A model generated the notes under the pieces. That model was not told the origin of the DNA and searched no databases. It saw only the letters and a list, made by a program, of their open reading frames with translations. Shown here piece after piece: positions 39,121-48,633 of a stretch of DNA of 64,000 bases; position 1 is the first letter of the stretch; every line of letters starts with the position of its first letter. This DNA comes from an uncultured delta proteobacterium (lineage in GTDB: Bacteria > Desulfobacterota > Binatia > UBA9968). The stretch spans positions 96,421 through 160,420 of the forward strand of contig CAVYDL010000004.1 of assembly GCA_963767275.1 (NCBI GenBank). Direction: 5' to 3'. The position numbers were made by a program, and so were the translations under genes.

Positions 39121-39480
39121 TAATGTTAGATGCGATGGATAGATGTTAGGTTGTATCTTTTGATGTTTGCTCAGTGCTGTACGAGTTATGATGGGTTGGA
39201 TATGATGTTCTTAGTTAAAGGGAGTTTTGTATGATTGTAAGTTGAAGACTTGATGTGTTCGGTCGATTTGTTGGGTGTATTTGGTGAGTACAGTGACTCA
39301 GATATTACAACATTGATTGGAGATAGAGCATACTATGTTGGTGAGGATATTTGATTTCACTTTGCGCGTGAAGAACGATTAGAACATTATGTTTGGATTG
39401 AAGCTGATACGTTGCGAAGAAACAAAGCTGGGACGAATGATTTTATTTATGTTGGAATGTTGGGTGAGGGCTTGTGTAGG
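39121..39480 (+). other. Extreme G>C strand-skewed, C-depleted tract with a residual reading frame (possible hypermutated coding relic)
   Basis: Hand count over 360 nt gives G 107, T 132, A 91 and C 30, with no CC dinucleotide. The track has no ORF of 60 aa or more between 38843 and 39576. The frame starting at ATG 39130 is broken only by TGA 39232, TAA 39238, TGA 39352, TAG 39559 and TGA 39574. It then runs on into ORF 39577-39789. Confidence 0.6.
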
Positions 39481-39917
39481 TACTTACTCAAGAACTTTCA
39501 GTTTAGGTTTCGAACTAACACGATGGATTATGGAAGCGGTAGCGTAAAGCTTGAAGCGTAGTTACTTTATATTTGATTGACGCATCGAGACGACGTTGCA
39601 CGACGACTCATGTGTATGTTATGTGGCTCAAAGGAATACGTGTTTAGCGATATATTCAATGTTTTTCTCGCAAGGATCCTCCTACAGCCGGTTAAAAGAC
39701 AAAGCCTTTGCGAGAGTTCTAAAGCAGAGCTTGATGCTCATGAGATCAAATGCAAGGATCATTTGCACATTCTTGGAGCATCTGCATAACAAGTGCTCAT
39801 CTCCACGGCTAACTACGTCTACCGCTACTACTTCCGCCACCTGCAAATGATCTTCTTGAGTTTCGTTCGCTGGCAAGGATGAAAGTTTTTCAGATGTTAT
39901 CGAGCTAATTTTTACGA

Positions 39918-40516
39918 TGAATTACTCCGGTATAACGTGGCCAGATAACCTCTCATTCCCGCTATCAACCAGTTTTTCAGCGTAGATGATCTGCTCTACC
40001 AACTCACTGGCTACTGCATGGAGGACTTTGAAACCAATTTCCATGGTCAAATTCACACGGCAACAAGAATCTCCGAATTTCCACGGATCATTCGCAAGAA
40101 CAGCGAGGTGATTCACCAGCGGGCCATTGAACGCCTGCTTCTTCTCAGATCGACCTCATTCAAACATGCCAATTGGAATTTCTTGGGCGTTGGAAGACTA
40201 TCGGAAAGGTGATTATCAAGATTGCCTGACAAAATGTGGCAGCGCGTTTGAGAGCACGATGAAGGTAATTTGCCAGAGGAAAAGAATTCCTTTTAAGCAA
40301 ACGGATACGGCATCTACCTTATGAAATTATACTCACAAATAGTTCGCTAGAAGCATTTTGGGAGTAACCCTGATATTGATTGCAACCTTGAGGAACAGGC
40401 TCAGTTCATCGCACGGCGCTGGCACTGTACCGAAAGCTGTTCCCGACCATGTTGCCGCCTACGTTATTAATGCAACAGCATCAGCGATCGTATTTTTGGC
40501 AGATGAGTTCGCTTAG
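39918..40516 (+). pseudogene. Abortive-infection (Abi_C-domain) family protein remnant, several frame changes
   Basis: ORF 40127-40324 has ISWALEDYRKGDYQDCLTKCGSAFESTMKVICQRK. A later frame gives LRNRLSSSHGAGTVPKAVPDHVAAYVINATASAIVFLADEFA*. This matches the Abi_C C-terminal pattern (RN..g.aHG........A.y.vn.a.....fL). Confidence 0.4.
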
Positions 40517-40649
40517 CCTATCGCCACATAACAGCGCATGCACGCGCGTCATCGCCTCCGATTCGCTGCGGCAATGGCGCGCGTGAAGCGGGACGTTAAG
40601 CGGCAACTGCCTTGTGCTGAGTTAGCGCGCGTGATAGAGGAGGTAAACC

Positions 40650-41475
40650 ATGATGGGCACCGACGCGGTACTACAGCGATACGCGATGAGTGGAATCCTG
40701 GATCGCGTGATCGCATTTCTCCAGGAGCGCGGCATTGATTGGAGTGCCTGACTTACCAGGATTTCTTTCCCTTCGATCAACTCCACGGGCGCGGAATCGA
40801 AGCTACACGCGAGCATATCGAGCGGGCTGGTATCCATTCGAGCATGCACGTGTTGGACTTAGGGTGCGGGGTCGGCGGTTGCTCGCGTGTCATTGCCGAG
40901 ACATGCGGCTGCCGCGTTACCGCCATTGACCTTACGCCACAGTTGATCGAAGTTGCACGGGACCTGACCCGTCGATGCGGGATGACCGACAGCATCGAAT
41001 TCCGGCAAGCGGACGCCTCGATTTACCATTCGCTGAAGGTACGTTCGATCACGTTTGGTGCCACAACGTCACTATGAACATTGAGGATAAGAGAAAGCTG
41101 GCCTCAGAAGTAGCGCGAGTACTCAAACCCGGCGGTCGCTTCTCCTGCTCCGAGAATGGGCAAGGACCTGGCGGCCCCCTTATCTTTCCCTTGCCTTGGG
41201 CTACCGACGCATCGGCCAGCTTTCTCGTCACGCCAGCGATGATGCGTCAGGCACTCGAGGAGGGTGGCCTGCGGATCAGTGAAGAGATCGACCTCAGCGA
41301 CCCATGGATCGCGTTCCTCAAGGAGATGCGTGCTCGTGCCGAGCGCGGCGATCCACCGCTCAACGCGAATCACGTGATCATGGGTGACGATATTGGCGAG
41401 CGCATCAATAACGCTGGCAGGTGTGCGATGGAAAAACGCGTGGTTGAGCACGTCATCCTGGCGAAGAAACCATGA
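40650..41475 (+). pseudogene. Class I SAM-dependent methyltransferase, two frameshifts
   Basis: The gene is in three frames. MMGTDAVLQRYAMSGILDRVIAFLQERGIDWS is frame 1. LTYQDFFPFDQLHGRGIEATREHIERAGIHSSMHVLDLGCGVGG...RVTAIDLTPQLIEVAR is frame 2, with motif I. DLPFAEGTFDHVWCHNVTMNIEDK...LKPGGRF is frame 3. Confidence 0.65.
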
Positions 41476-41651
41476 GTTACAACGTGGATTGCTCAAGACG
41501 TCTATGGATGGCGCGTGAAAAAGAGTGTGCGAGTGAAACTGCCGCTGCATCACTTTTTGGTGCGGACGGGCATGGATCGCCATGACTTGATTGTCGTCGC
41601 AGTGGCCTCCTCCGCCACAACACACCGTTGCGCGTCTTACGAGGCAGTAGG

Positions 41652-42602
41652 GTGAAAATATTTCTTAGCTGGTCAGGAGACTTGAGCCAGAGCGTAGCCG
41701 CGACGCTTCGAAAGCATTTGCCTCTCATGATCCAAAGCTTGGACGTGTTCATGTCGAAGCATGACATCGAATCGGGTGCGCGCTGGACAAACGAATTAGC
41801 GCAGGAATTGGAGCGGACAAGTTTCGGTATCCTTTGCCTTACGAAGGAGAGCCTTTCTAGCTCTTGGCTTAATTTCGAGGCCGGTGCCTTGGTGAAGCAT
41901 GCCGAGGGACGTGCATGTGGCCTACTACTCGCTGGGTTAGGGTCTGCGGACGTTTCGGGACCACTCACGCAATTTCAGCATCGCCGTTTTCAGCAGGACC
42001 AATTTCTTCACTTGCTAAAAGATATCAACAAGCGGCTCGAATCACCGTTGCCAACTGATTCGTTGGCCGCGGTGCTGGCGAAATGGTGGCCGGACATAGA
42101 AGAAGACTACAACGTAGCCATTCGCTCTTCGGGAGTTTCCCAGCCGGCAACACAGCGGCCAGAAAGAGAAGTGCTGGAGGAACTCGTTCTTCGAGTCCGT
42201 GCACTTGATGGCCAAAAACAAATTGCGGCCACTGCTCCTCAAGTTGAGCCAAGTGATGTATTGAGTAGACCGGTGACTTACGATTCCTTAGCATGGTATA
42301 CGCTTTGGAAATTCCCAGGGCGAGCCATCTCAGAAAGGCTTCAAATTTTACTTCTTAGGGACATCGATCTCCGCAAATACTCCACCATTGAGGACTTGGA
42401 TAAGGTAATCGAACGTGCTCGACCACCTGTGGAGCGGTACGCATCTGAAAACCCGGACTGGTTCCAGTTCGGCACAGACTACATCACGAAGAGTTTAGGG
42501 TTTATCGATCCTGATTTCAGACGAAGACATGGCTTCGCTGCTCGTACCCGAGAGGCATTTGAGAAGTATGGTGGCCTCGTCCTTACACGTGATCACGAGT
42601 GA
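41652..42602 (+). CDS. TIR-domain protein with ~190-aa C-terminal domain of unknown function
   Basis: From GTG 41652: KIFLSWSGDLSQSVAATLRKHLPLMIQSLDVFMSKHDIESGARWTNELAQELERTSFGILCLTKESLSSSWLNFEAGAL. This is the bacterial TIR layout, including the conserved Glu in FEAG. I recognise no family for the remainder. The track ORF starts at TTG 41628. Confidence 0.75.
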   Translation: MKIFLSWSGDLSQSVAATLRKHLPLMIQSLDVFMSKHDIESGARWTNELAQELERTSFGILCLTKESLSSSWLNFEAGALVKHAEGRACGLLLAGLGSADVSGPLTQFQHRRFQQDQFLHLLKDINKRLESPLPTDSLAAVLAKWWPDIEEDYNVAIRSSGVSQPATQRPEREVLEELVLRVRALDGQKQIAATAPQVEPSDVLSRPVTYDSLAWYTLWKFPGRAISERLQILLLRDIDLRKYSTIEDLDKVIERARPPVERYASENPDWFQFGTDYITKSLGFIDPDFRRRHGFAARTREAFEKYGGLVLTRDHE

Positions 42603-42730
42603 AGAGACGCCCAACCATCGGCTTGACCAGATCTTCAGCTCGCTCGCTTTGCTTGCTGGCTTCGTCTGGTCAGCCTGACGCGTTAGACGTTCTCAGTGAT
42701 TCCGACAGGTTTCTCAATGGATATTAGACA

Positions 42731-44070
42731 ATGACCAAGACCGACAAGAGGGGAAATCCGGTTTCGTACGGATCGCAGGCAGCGATCGAGCGTCTGGACC
42801 GAGTATTCGACATGATGCACGCCTATCAGGCCGATCCGCTGGCCGAGGTCGATGTGATCATTGCAGAGCATCCGGACTTTGCGCTGGCCCACGCGTTTCG
42901 CGCCGGTGCACTGGCGACGGCAACCGACAAAGCGTTCGAGCCGGAACTGATCAAGAGTGTGAACGCCGCCGAAGGACTCGCCCGGGAGGCCAACGAACGC
43001 GAGCGCCTGCACATCGCCGCTTGTCGCGCCTGGCTCGACGGCGAATGGGAGCGCGGTATCGAGGCGTGGGGCCGAGCCTCGACCGAGTATCTGCGCGACT
43101 TGCTGGCGCTGCAGTATGCGCATCTCGGAGACTTCTATCTGGGATACTCGCACTTGCTCCGCGATCGCGTTGCGCGCGTGTTGCCGCATTGGAATCGCAG
43201 CGTTTCAGGCTATGGTTTCGTCGAAGGCATGTACGCGTTCGGGCTTGAAGAGGCAGGCGAATACGCAAAGGCTGAACAACGCGGTCGCGAGGCCGTTGCC
43301 ATGAACAGGCAGGATGGGTGGGCAGTGCACGCGGTGACGCACGTGATGGAAATGCAGGGCCGCGCGAACGAGGGCGCAGACTATCTGACTGCGGCTGCCG
43401 ACGGTTGGGCGCCGAACAGCATGTTTGCATTCCATTTGTGGTGGCACAAGGCGTTGTTCCAGATCGAAGCGAACGACATGGTTTCAGCGTTGAAGCTGTT
43501 CGACGAGAACATTCCTGGCGGCGGATTCGTCAGGTGAACGAGCTTGTCGACGGATCGTCCCTACTGTGGCGGCTGTGGCTGCTCGGGCACGATGTTGGCG
43601 ACCGGTGGGCCGACCTCGCAGACAAGTGGGAACCGCGAGTCGATGATGCGTACTATGCTTTCAACGACGTGAACGCGATGATTGCATTTGTCGGCGCGGG
43701 CCGCGCCAACGCACAGCAGCGATTGCTAGCTGCTGCCAAGCGCGCGGCCGCCGGTCAAGGTACGAATGCGATGATGAGCCGCGAGATTGGTGTGCCCGCC
43801 TGCGAAGGTATTGCGGCGTTCGGTCGCGGCGATTATGCGCAGACGATCGAGCGCTTGATGCCTGTGCGCGGCAAGGCTAACCGTATGGGCGGCAGCCATG
43901 CGCAGCGCGACATGCTCTCGTGGACGCTCACCGAAGCGGCGATCCGGCTCGGCGACCGTGCGCTGGCCGACGCGACCGTCGCTGAACGACTGTCATGGAA
44001 GCCGGAGAGCCCGATCAACCGAGCGTGGGCGACCCGCGCCGAGCAACTGAAACGCAAGCAGGCCGTCTAA
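42731..44070 (+). CDS. TTC38-like tetratricopeptide-repeat protein, apparent frameshift near 43525-43540
   Basis: ORF 42731-43537 (...GWAVHAVTHVMEMQGR...FHLWWHKALF...) continues in another frame as ...LVDGSSLLWRLWLLGHDVGDRWADLADKWE... (ORF 43318-44070). Together the two give the length and order of the TTC38 family. Confidence 0.6.
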
Positions 44071-44154
44071 GCCTTCGTTCCAGTGGACTGTCTTCGTCAG
44101 CCACTGAACTCAAACGTTGGGTGCCATATCCGGGGGTCTTCGATTGTGAATGCT

Positions 44155-44547
44155 ATGCGTCTGGTCGAGTGCATTGCCTTTATGCTCATACAAGGCGGTC
44201 AGATCCTCGCTGAGAAGCGCAAGCCCACCAAACGGGTGATGCCTGGAGCCGTTGCTCTGCCTGGCGGGCACATCGAGGCCCGCGAGAGCGCGGAAGAGGC
44301 GCTGTATCGTGAAATGCAGGAGGAAGTCGGGATTGTCCCCATCGAGAGCGCCTACGTTTGTACCCTCCTGCATCGGTCGCAAGAATTCCGGAAGCTCCAC
44401 TATTTCGCCGTGACGCGCTGGGAGGGAGAGATGGTCTCCCAGGAGGCGGAAGCCGTGGTGTGGATTCCGCTCAACGCCTTGGAGACCTTGGACCTTGACG
44501 TCGATAAGATCGCCGTACAAGAATACCTGCGTGTCTACGCATCGTGA
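44155..44547 (+). CDS. NUDIX hydrolase
   Basis: Nudix box GGHIEARESAEEALYREMQEEVGI. ATG 44155 (MRLVECIAFML...) is preferred over the track start 44083. Confidence 0.8.
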   Translation: MRLVECIAFMLIQGGQILAEKRKPTKRVMPGAVALPGGHIEARESAEEALYREMQEEVGIVPIESAYVCTLLHRSQEFRKLHYFAVTRWEGEMVSQEAEAVVWIPLNALETLDLDVDKIAVQEYLRVYAS

Positions 44548-44611
44548 TGATGCGCTGCGGAGTTCTTGCACAGCGTGAGGGGTATGCACAGGGCGCAGAC
44601 GGCGTTAAGTC

Positions 44612-45345
44612 TCAACAGGCAGCACAGAGAGCGATTGCGAGCACATAGTACTTCCTGAAGTCGCCCTGCATCGGAATAGATTCACCAATGATGGCAACCT
44701 CGTAGCCACAGCTTTCCGCCAAGCTGATCAAATCAAGGATGTCTGGATAGTTGGCTTGCACCATAAAGATTTTCCCGCCGGGCCGAAGATGAGTCCGTGC
44801 CTCTGTGAATAACGCTTGATGCGCACGGTATTGCGTGTCCCACTGAGCTGCGGAGGTGTCGTCGTGGGCTGCTTTGTTCCTCCGGGAAGATTCGCTACGA
44901 TGATGTCGAAGGTCTCAGATGGAGTGATGCTCGAGAAAACATGACCCGCCCGAACATCAACCCGATTACCTAATCCGAGGCGCTCGACGTTTCGTTTCGC
45001 ATTTCTCACAGCGGCCGCGGCAATGTCCACTGCGACCACGCTGGCTGCACCCTGCAGAGCGGCCAACAACGCTAATGCTCCTGTTCCTGTACCAACGTCA
45101 AGTACACTCGATCCAGCACTGACATGTAAGTGTTCCGCCAAAAACACTGTGCTTTCGTTCGGTGGAAAGACTCCAGGCAGTACCAATAGCGCCATATCAA
45201 TTAAGCGTACGATTTTCCCCTCAGGGGGAATCGACCTCGATTCGGACTGTTGCTTAATTTGGCGTTGGTCAATCGCTTCCATCTGAGCCTGTGACAGTAC
45301 GTCGATGCTGAGCATTTTGCTTTCTTTTCGCATCATTGGGTACAC
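44612..45345 (-). CDS. Class I methyltransferase (small-domain/PrmC-RsmC-like), apparent frameshift near 44875-44890
   Basis: Motif I VLDVGTGTGALAL, then DIIVANLPG. The sensible continuation lies in another frame that I translated down to the stop at 44612-44614: AAHDDTSAAQWDTQYRAHQALFTEARTHLRPGGKIFMVQANYPDILDLISLAESCGYEVAI... Confidence 0.65.
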
Positions 45346-45360
45346 GTGGACAGCATTGAA

Positions 45361-45767
45361 TTAATGCCTTTGCCGGCCTTGGACTAAACCGTCGACATAC
45401 AAGATCGCTTCGTCGACGCACATCTGAAAGCGCCGTGTCATCGCGGCATCGGCGCGTTGTTGGAGTTTCGCGGCGTGAAGAATCTCGAGCATCTGCGGTG
45501 TGGCAAACGCTACTGGCCCGTCCAGCGCCTGTTGCCATGCTTCTTCCGCCGCTTCGTGGAGCACTTCGATGATGAAAGCGGATGACTGCTCTTCGCGGCG
45601 TTCCCAGGCGACTTTACCTAGAAAGGCGCGTCCTCCGGAACCTTTTCACCCTGAAGGCCTGGATTAACGCCGGCAAAAGCTCCTGTTCCCTCTCAAGTAA
45701 AATCAACGCCGACTCTTCGTCTCCCGCGCGAAAGTTAGTCTCGATGATATCTTTTTTCGCGTTCCAT
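45361..45767 (-). pseudogene. Small hypothetical protein, frame-disrupted
   Basis: ATG 45767 lies 6 nt after the isochorismatase stop. Pieces are spread over at least 3 frames: MEREKKDIIETNFRAGDEESALILLEREQELLPALIQAF, then ..GKVAWERREEQSSAFIIEVLHEAAEEAWQQALDG... No family recognised. Confidence 0.3.
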
Positions 45768-45773
45768 GTATAT

Positions 45774-46406
45774 CTAACTCTTCCAGATCTCGATCAACTC
45801 TTTCGACTCGACCACATCGGCGAAGCGCTCGATGCGTTTTAGCGCCGCATTGTGGCCTTCCTCGGTGTAAGTTCCGACGCAGTCACCTACGATGACCATT
45901 GAAAAGCCGCGGTTGTGGCCGTCGCGCACGGTCATCTCGACGCCGCCGTCGGTGGTGCAGCCGATCATGACCACGGTGCTGGCACCGCGGTTGTGCATGA
46001 TGGTTTCAAATTCATTGCCGATGAACATGCTCGGCCGGCGCTTGTCAATGACGATGTCTTCGGGGGCCGGTAGGAAGGGTTTCATGATCTCCCAGTTGGT
46101 GCTGCCCTTCAAACGTCGCGGTTTGAGCTTGCTCGGATGATCGACCTTCTCGTTGATCATCGCTCGGCGTATCCAGGTGACCGCCTCTTCACTCCAGAGA
46201 AACGGCGTCTGGCGCGTGTAAACGGTCTTGACGCCGGCGTTGGCGGCGGCGGCGATCAGCGGCGGCGCAGTGCGGATAAGCGCTTCTTTGTTGAATGCAC
46301 CTCCTGCCTGATCGTTCTGCATGTCCCAGACCAGCAGCACGCTGCGTTTTGGATCGACGATCTCTGTTAGCTCAGTGGGGATCTGCCGGCCTGCGAATTC
46401 GAGCAT
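45774..46406 (-). CDS. Isochorismatase-family cysteine hydrolase
   Basis: 210 aa with LLVWDMQND (catalytic Asp region) and VMIGCTTDGGVEMTVRDG (nucleophilic Cys). Confidence 0.8.
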   Translation of the reverse strand: MLEFAGRQIPTELTEIVDPKRSVLLVWDMQNDQAGGAFNKEALIRTAPPLIAAAANAGVKTVYTRQTPFLWSEEAVTWIRRAMINEKVDHPSKLKPRRLKGSTNWEIMKPFLPAPEDIVIDKRRPSMFIGNEFETIMHNRGASTVVMIGCTTDGGVEMTVRDGHNRGFSMVIVGDCVGTYTEEGHNAALKRIERFADVVESKELIEIWKS

Positions 46407-46425
46407 AGCGCCTCCTTGTTATGAA

Positions 46426-47415
46426 CTACCGAACCAAGTCTTTACGCGCTTTTTCGAGAAAACTGAAATCGACGACCTGGGCTCCGGGGATCGGTTGAGC
46501 CACGTTGGAGGTCTCGCGCGTCAGGTCAACGAAATATTGCACCGCTTGTGGACTGATCACAGCGTCTTTGGCCAGGCCGCGCTTCAGGTAACCGAGCATT
46601 TCGGCGGCAAGCTTTTGATCGCTGACCCGCCATTGTTTCATCATGACATCGCGCGCCTGCTCACGATTGGCATCGTCGCTGACGAACAGCAAGCCGCGCA
46701 AGGTCGCGCGCACCATGTGGTAGACTTCATCCGGCTGTTGTTGGATGCGCGCCACCGATGTGCCGAAGCCATTTTGTGGAAAACTCACGACGTCGCCCAA
46801 AAAGATCAGCTCGTTGTAGCCTTTGTTCACCGCGATAATGTTCTCCGGCACCGAGAGTAAAGCGGCGTCGACGACGCCCTGTTCCAATACCGCCAGCCGC
46901 CCGGCGCCCGACCCCCCCATCGGTAACACCTGGACATCTTTTCCCGGCTCAAGACCGAAATGCTTCAAAGCCTGGTACGCCAGGATCGTCGCCGAGCCGC
47001 CGGGCGAGCTGCCGGCGACTTTTTTTCCTTTCAGATCGCGTGGCTCTCTGATCTCCTTGCGGCTGACGAAGGATTGCAGCGGTTTGGCGATGGTGAAGAT
47101 CAAAATCTTTGCCGGGTAGTTGCGGGTCGCGGCAAGCGCCAGGCCGGTGAGCCCGGCGCTATATTCGATCTCGGCTTTGAAGAAGGCGTTGTTTGCGGCG
47201 GCGAGAGACATCAGGATGATTTCCAGATCGATGCCTTCGTCACGGTAAAAACCTTTCTGATACGCCGCGTAGATTGGCAGAAAACCGACGCTGGTGGCGG
47301 CGATGCCGAGGCGGAGCTTTTTGACTGCCGACTGCGCCGATGCCGGCGAGCAGAGCCAACTGTCGACGGCAAGCACGCCGAAGCAGCAGAGCATTGGCAG
47401 GTAACGTCGAGACAT
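46426..47415 (-). CDS. NMT1/SsuA-type ABC substrate-binding protein
   Basis: Signal peptide MSRRYLPMLCCFGVLAVDSWLCSPASAQ, then KKLRLGIAATSVGFLPIYAAYQKGFYRDEGIDLE. The track ORF extends to 47472. Confidence 0.75.
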   Translation of the reverse strand: MSRRYLPMLCCFGVLAVDSWLCSPASAQSAVKKLRLGIAATSVGFLPIYAAYQKGFYRDEGIDLEIILMSLAAANNAFFKAEIEYSAGLTGLALAATRNYPAKILIFTIAKPLQSFVSRKEIREPRDLKGKKVAGSSPGGSATILAYQALKHFGLEPGKDVQVLPMGGSGAGRLAVLEQGVVDAALLSVPENIIAVNKGYNELIFLGDVVSFPQNGFGTSVARIQQQPDEVYHMVRATLRGLLFVSDDANREQARDVMMKQWRVSDQKLAAEMLGYLKRGLAKDAVISPQAVQYFVDLTRETSNVAQPIPGAQVVDFSFLEKARKDLVR

Positions 47416-47458
47416 GAGAATGCCTCCGCAAATTTTATCGAGCCTTGGCGCAATGCGT

Positions 47459-48448
47459 CTATGGGTTTGCAATCTTTGCTTCCATCTCTTTGCGCACTTC
47501 TTCCGCCCAGCGCAGGTCGAAAAAATTTTCCGCGGCGAGCGGCTTATCGAGCTTGAGCGGGATCCGCAATTCGTTTTCGAGGATGCTCTTCACTCCTTCG
47601 GCGGAAGGCACGCCGGGGATGCCTGGCGGAAAGGCGCGGGTGTAGCTGCGGATCGCCTCGGTCAACATCGGCTTGGTGAGGTTTCTAATTCGCAAGCGGC
47701 GTAGCGCGATGTCGGCAGCGTCTTCGGGCCGCTCTCGGATGAACAGTAAAGAGCGGGTCATCGCCCGGAGCCATCTTTTGACCTGCGCCGGGTTTTCGGC
47801 GAGCTTCTGATTGGTCGCGACGTAGCCCTGAAAGGGTAGGGTGAAAATATCGCCCATGAAGACAAGTTTGCGCAGCCCTTCACGTTCGGCGGCGACGGTG
47901 CCGGCGGGATCGAGCACGACGGCGGCAACGTTACCGCTTTTGAGGCCGAGGATTTTGTCGCCGATGCTCGTGCCTAATGAGATTCTAGTGATCTCCTTGG
48001 CCGACACGCCGGCACGTTCGGCATACAGCGTGATGAAGCGGTCTTCGCTGTCGCCGATCAGGGCGACGCCGATTTTCTTGCCCTTGAGGTCGGATCCCTG
48101 GCTGATGCTTGGATGAACGACTAAATACCACGTCGGTTTTTCGGTTTGATAGAAGATCGCCTTGAGCGGCGCACCGCGCACGGCGCCGCGCAGGCCGCTG
48201 CCGCCGGCGCCGCTGAAGTCGACGTCGCCGCTGACCAATGCCGCGATGCCGGCCGGGCCGCCAATGGCGATGGTTTCGTTGTCCAAGCCTTCGTCGCGGA
48301 AGAATTTACGCTCCTCGGCGCTGTACACGCTCAGATAATTGAGATTCGCGCCGGGGATGGCGGTGCGAATCTTTTCGGCGCGCGCGCTGGCGGCGAGCCA
48401 AGCGACGCAGAACAGGACAAGTAAGAAACTAACACGTCTGCCGATCAT
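47459..48448 (-). CDS. NMT1/SsuA-type ABC substrate-binding protein
   Basis: GGAGG lies upstream of ATG 48448. The product begins MIGRRVSFLLVLFCVAWLAASARAEKIR... The extra 45 codons of the track ORF translate intergenic repeat DNA (FFFAPFAFFAAI). Confidence 0.75.
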   Translation of the reverse strand: MIGRRVSFLLVLFCVAWLAASARAEKIRTAIPGANLNYLSVYSAEERKFFRDEGLDNETIAIGGPAGIAALVSGDVDFSGAGGSGLRGAVRGAPLKAIFYQTEKPTWYLVVHPSISQGSDLKGKKIGVALIGDSEDRFITLYAERAGVSAKEITRISLGTSIGDKILGLKSGNVAAVVLDPAGTVAAEREGLRKLVFMGDIFTLPFQGYVATNQKLAENPAQVKRWLRAMTRSLLFIRERPEDAADIALRRLRIRNLTKPMLTEAIRSYTRAFPPGIPGVPSAEGVKSILENELRIPLKLDKPLAAENFFDLRWAEEVRKEMEAKIANP

Positions 48449-48459
48449 GGAACCTCCAA

Positions 48460-48580
48460 TAAGAAGAATGGCCGCAAAGAACGCAAAGGGCGCAAAAAAG
48501 AATCGAGAGCCGTTGGGGGGGTTGAATCGCGGCCCTGCGAAACATCGTGCTCTTGGTATCCTTCGTGGTGAATACTCTTT
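48460..48580. repeat. Intergenic REP-like repeat cluster
   Basis: GCCGCAAAGAACGCAAAGGGCGCAAAA (about 48466-48495) matches the 26.9-kb cluster. CGTGCTCTTGGTATCCTTCGTGGTGAA (about 48546-48572) is the reverse complement of a motif resembling ACGACGAAGGAGAGGAAGAGCACGAAG at about 33035-33062. Confidence 0.5.
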
Positions 48581-48633
48581 CACACTACACCTGGAGGCCC
48601 CTTACTTTAGAGGCGAGCAGGGTTCGTGAGCCA

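Noticed and set aside
39121-39480. Preferential survival of cytosines in a CpG context (a methylation-protection, bisulfite-like pattern)
   Set aside because: I counted 10 of 30 remaining C followed by G (33%). That equals the local G frequency of about 30%, so there is no CpG enrichment.
39121-39540. Multiple GGA motifs, suggesting a CsrA/RsmA-sponge sRNA
   Set aside because: I counted about 11 GGA in about 430 nt, against about 9 expected from the local G and A content. That is no enrichment, and I saw no regular hairpin-loop presentation.
38843-39900. A retron or diversity-generating retroelement as the explanation for the ORF-poor, skewed tract
   Set aside because: No reverse-transcriptase ORF or fragment occurs nearby. 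There is no template/variable repeat pair. The asymmetry is C depletion rather than adenine-specific variation.
41477-41968. A 163-aa minus-strand ORF overlapping the start of the TIR gene
   Set aside because: The opposite strand encodes a convincing TIR domain. This ORF is low complexity (S/P/R-rich) with no motif.
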